A DNA stretch of 64,000 nt, taken from the NCBI GenBank assembly GCA_002269645.1, contig NIVC01002129.1, forward strand, positions 1 through 64,000. Direction: 5' to 3'. Shown here piece by piece: positions 60,180 to 64,000 of this stretch (positions are counted from its first letter, which is position 1; each line of letters opens with the position of its first letter). This DNA is from Macrostomum lignano (lineage: Eukaryota). Position numbers and translations under genes: made by a program. The notes beneath the pieces are model-generated. The model was not told the origin of the DNA and did no database searches. It worked only from the letters and a program-made list of their open reading frames with translations.

Positions 60180-63100
60180 GAGAGTCGCAGAGGGAACTGA
60201 GAGAACTGAGGGAGAGTCACAGAGGGAGCTGAGGGAGAGTCACAGAGGGAGCTGAGGGAGAGTCACAGAGGGAACTGAGGGAGAGTAACAGAGGGAACTG
60301 AGGGAGAGTCACAGAGGGAGCTGAGGGAGAGTCACAGAGGGAGCTGAGGGAGAGTCACATAAAGAACTGAGGGAGAGTCACAAACTGAGGAAGAGTCACA
60401 TAAAGAACTGAGGGAGAGTCACAAACTGAGGAAGAGTCACATAAAGAACTGAGGGAGAGTCACAAACTGAGGAAGAGTCACATAAAGAACTGAAGGAGAG
60501 TCACAAACTGAGGAAGAGTCACAGATAGAACTGAGGGAGAGTCACAAACTGAGGAAGAGTCACACAAAGAACTGAGGGAGAGTCACAAACTGAGGGAGAG
60601 TCACATAAAGAACTGAGGGAGAGTCACAAACTGAGGAAGAGTCACATAAAGAACTGAGGGAGAGTCACATAAAGAACTGAGGGAGAGTCACATAAAGAAC
60701 TGAGGGAGAGTCACATAAAGAACTGAGGGAGAGTCACATAAAGAACTGAGGGAGAGTCACATAAAGAACTGAGGGAGAGTCACATAAAGAACTGAGGGAG
60801 AGTCACATAAAGAACTGAGGGAGAGTCACAAACTGAGGAAGAGTCACATAAAGAACTGAGGGAGAGTCACAAACTGAGGAAGAGTCACATAAAGAACTGA
60901 GGGAGAGTCACAAACTGAGGAAGAGTCACATAAAGAACTGAGGGAGAGTCACAAACTGAGGAAGAGTCACATAAAGAACTGAAGGAGAGTCACAAACTGA
61001 GGAAGAGTCACAGATAGAACTGAGGGAGAGTCACAAACTGAGGAAGAGTCACATAAAGAACTGAAGGAGAGTCACAAACTGAGGAAGAGTCACATAAAGA
61101 ACTGAGGGAGAGTCACAAACTGAGGAAGAGTCACATAAAGAACTGAGGGAGAGTCACAAACTGAGGAAGAGTCACAGATAGAACTGAGGGAGAGTCACAA
61201 ACTGAGGAAGAGTCACATAAAGAACTGAGGGAGAGTCACAAACTGAGGAAGAGTCACATAAAGAACTGAGGGAGAGTCACAAACTGAGGAAGAGTCACAT
61301 AAAGAACTGAGGGAGAGTCACAAACTGAGGAAGAGTCACATAAAGAACTGAAGGAGAGTCACAAACTGAGGAAGAGTCACATAAAGAACTGAAGGAGAGT
61401 CACAAACTGAGGGAGAGTCACATAAAGAACTGAGGGAGAGTCACAAACTGAGGAAGAGTCACATAAAGAACTGAGGGAGAGTCACAAACTGAGGAAGAGT
61501 CACATAAAGAACTGACGGAGAGTCACAAACTGAGGAAGAGTCACATAAAGAACTGAGGGAGAGTCACAAACTGAGGAAGAGTCACAGATAGAACTGAGGG
61601 AGAGTCACAAACTGAGGAAGAGTCACATAAAGAACTGAGGGAGAGTCACAAACTGAGGAAGAGTCACAGATAGAACTGAGGGAGAGTCACAAACTGAGGA
61701 AGAGTCACATAAAGAACTGAGGGAGAGTCACAAACTGAGGAAGAATCACATAAAGAACTGAAGGAGAGTCACAAACTGAGGAAGAGTCACAGATAGAAAT
61801 GAGGGAGAGTCACAAACTGAGGAAGAGTCACATAAAGAACTGAGGGAGAGTCACAAACTGAGGAAGAGTCACATAAAGAACTGACGGAGAGTCACAAACT
61901 GAGGAAGAGTCACATAAAGAACTGAGGGAGAGTCACAAACTGAGGAAGAGTCACAGATAGAACTGAGGGAGAGTCACAAACTGAGGGAGAGTCACAAACT
62001 GAGGAAGAGTCACATAAAGAACTGAGGGAGAGTCACAAACTGAGGAAGAGTCACATAAAGAACTGAGGGAGAGTCACAAACTGAGGAAGAGTCACAGATA
62101 GAACTGAGGGAGAGTCACAAACTGAGGGAGAGTCACATAAAGAACTGAGGGAGAGTCACAAACTGAGGAAGAGTCACAGATAGAACTGAGGGAGAGTCAC
62201 AAACTGAGGAAGAGTCACATAAAGAACTGAGGGAGAGTCACAAACTGAGGAAGAGTCACATAAAGAACTGAGGGAGAGTCACAAACTGAGGAAGAGTCAC
62301 AGATAGAACTGAGGGAGAGTCACAAACTGAGGAAGAGTCATATAAAGAACTGAGGGAGAGTCACAAACTGAGGAAGAGTCACATAAAGAACTGAGGGAGA
62401 GTCACAAACTGAGGAAGAGTCACAGATAGAACTGAGGGAGAGTCACAAACTGAGGAAGAGTCACATAAAGAACTGAGGGAGAGTCACAAACTGAGGAAGA
62501 GTCACATAAAGAACTGAGGGAGAGTCACAAACTGAGGAAGAGTCACAGATAGAAATGAGGGAGAGTCACAAACTGAGGAAGAGTCACATAAAGAACTGAG
62601 GGAGAGTCACAAACTGAGGAAGAGTCACATAAAGAACTGAGGGAGAGTCACAAACTGAGGAAGAGTCACATAAAGAACTGAAGGAGAGTCACAAACTGAG
62701 GAAGAGTCACATAAAGAACTGAGGGAGAGTCACAAACTGAGGAAGAGTCACATAAAGAACTGAGGGAGAGTCACAAACTGAGGAGAGTCACAGATAGAAC
62801 TGAGGGAGAGTCACAAACTGAGGAAGAGTCACATAAAGAACTGAGGGAGAGTCACAAACTGAGGAAGAGTCACAGATAGAACTGAGGGAGAGTCACAAAC
62901 TGAGGAAGAGTCACATAAAGAACTGAGGGAGAGTCACAAACTGAGGAAGAGTCACATAAAGAACTGAGGGAGAGTCACAAACTGAGGAAGAGTCACAGAT
63001 AGAAATGAGGGAGAGTCACAAACTGAGGAAGAGTCACATAAAGAACTGAGGGAGAGTCACAAACTGAGGAAGAGTCACATAAAGAACTGAGGGAGAGTCA

Positions 63101-63922
63101 CAAACTGAGGAAGAGTCACATAAAGAACTGAGGGAGAGTCACAAACTGAGGAAGAGTCACAGATAGAACTGAGGGAGAGTCACAAACTGAGGGAGAGTCA
63201 CAAACTGAGGAAGAGTCACATAAAGAACTGAGGGAGAGTCACAAACTGAGGAAGAGTCACATAAAGAACTGAGGGAGAGTCACAAACTGAGGAAGAGTCA
63301 CATAAAGAACTGAGGGAGAGTCACAAACTGAGGAAGAGTCACAGATAGAAATGAGGGAGAGTCACAAACTGAGGGAGAGTCACATAAAGAACTGAGGGAG
63401 AGTCACAAACTGAGGAAGAGTCACTGATAGAACTGAGGGAGAGTCACAAACTGAGGAAGAGTCACATAAAGAACTGAGGGAGAGTCACAAACTGAGGAAG
63501 AGTCACATAAAGAACTGAGGGAGAGTCACAAACTGAGGAAGAGTCACAGATAGAACTGAGGGAGAGTCACAAACTGAGGAAGAGTCACATAAAGAACTGA
63601 GGGAGAGTCACAAACTGAGGAAGAGTCACATAAAGAACTGAGGGAGAGTCACAAACTGAGGAAGAGTCACAGATAGAACTGAGGGAGAGTCACAAACTGA
63701 GGAAGAGTCACATAAAGAACTGAGGGAGAGTCACAAACTGAGGAAGAGTCACATAAAGAACTGAGGGAGAGTCACAAACTGAGGAAGAGTCACAGATAGA
63801 AATGAGGGAGAGTCACAAACTGAGGGAGAGTCACATAAAGAACTGAGGGAGAGTCACAGATAGAACTGAGGGAGAGTCACAAACTGAGGAAGAGTCACAG
63901 ATAGAACTGAGGGAGAGTCACA
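60180..63922. repeat. 41-bp (18+23) purine-rich satellite, ~3.7 kb
   Basis: gagggagagtcacaaact + gaggaagagtcacataaagaact, about 90 units, with recurrent cagatagaact variants. Confidence 0.98.
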
Positions 63923-64000
63923 GAGTTGAAATTGGGAGAAGACTTAAGAGGGAAAACGGGAATTAAAGTCAGTGAACTTTATCTAAAAAGACGCAGTCTC

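Noticed and set aside
27310-63922. CRISPR-like regular repeats
   Set aside because: The units are directly adjacent with no unique spacers, there are no cas genes, and the context is eukaryotic.

Overview
Animal genomic DNA with GT-AG introns, GC-rich exons and very dense intronic micro/minisatellites. A free-living flatworm such as Macrostomum is a guess from this style, not proven. Contents from left to right: (1) 1-1860 (-): two exons of a gene the ORF track misses, encoding an AT-hook-like motif, an OTU cysteine-protease domain and a tail with RRSxRL motifs; it runs off the window start. (2) 1759-10950: a near-identical 4.57-kb tandem duplication ending in a GC-rich hairpin that lies in opposite (flip/flop) orientations in the two copies. 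(3) 10950-16600: AT-rich sequence with transposon relics. (4) 16652-45499 (+): a complete 21-exon MADD/DENN (AEX-3, Rab3-GEF) gene of about 1659 aa, reconstructed by splice phase. It has one apparent 1-nt deletion, a candidate alternative last exon, and intronic CACTA-, mariner- and Penelope-type elements. (5) 46942-48642 (+): an intronless DEG/ENaC channel. (6) about 49960-51354: a decayed CACTG-ended element. (7) 52192-60148 (-): seven exons of a ZU5-ZU5-UPA-like-death-domain (DTHD1/PIDD-like) gene. (8) 60180-63922: a 3.7-kb 41-bp satellite. All long low-complexity ORFs in the track are satellite read-throughs. No rRNA, tRNA or CRISPR array was found. All calls come from manual reading; no database searches were run.
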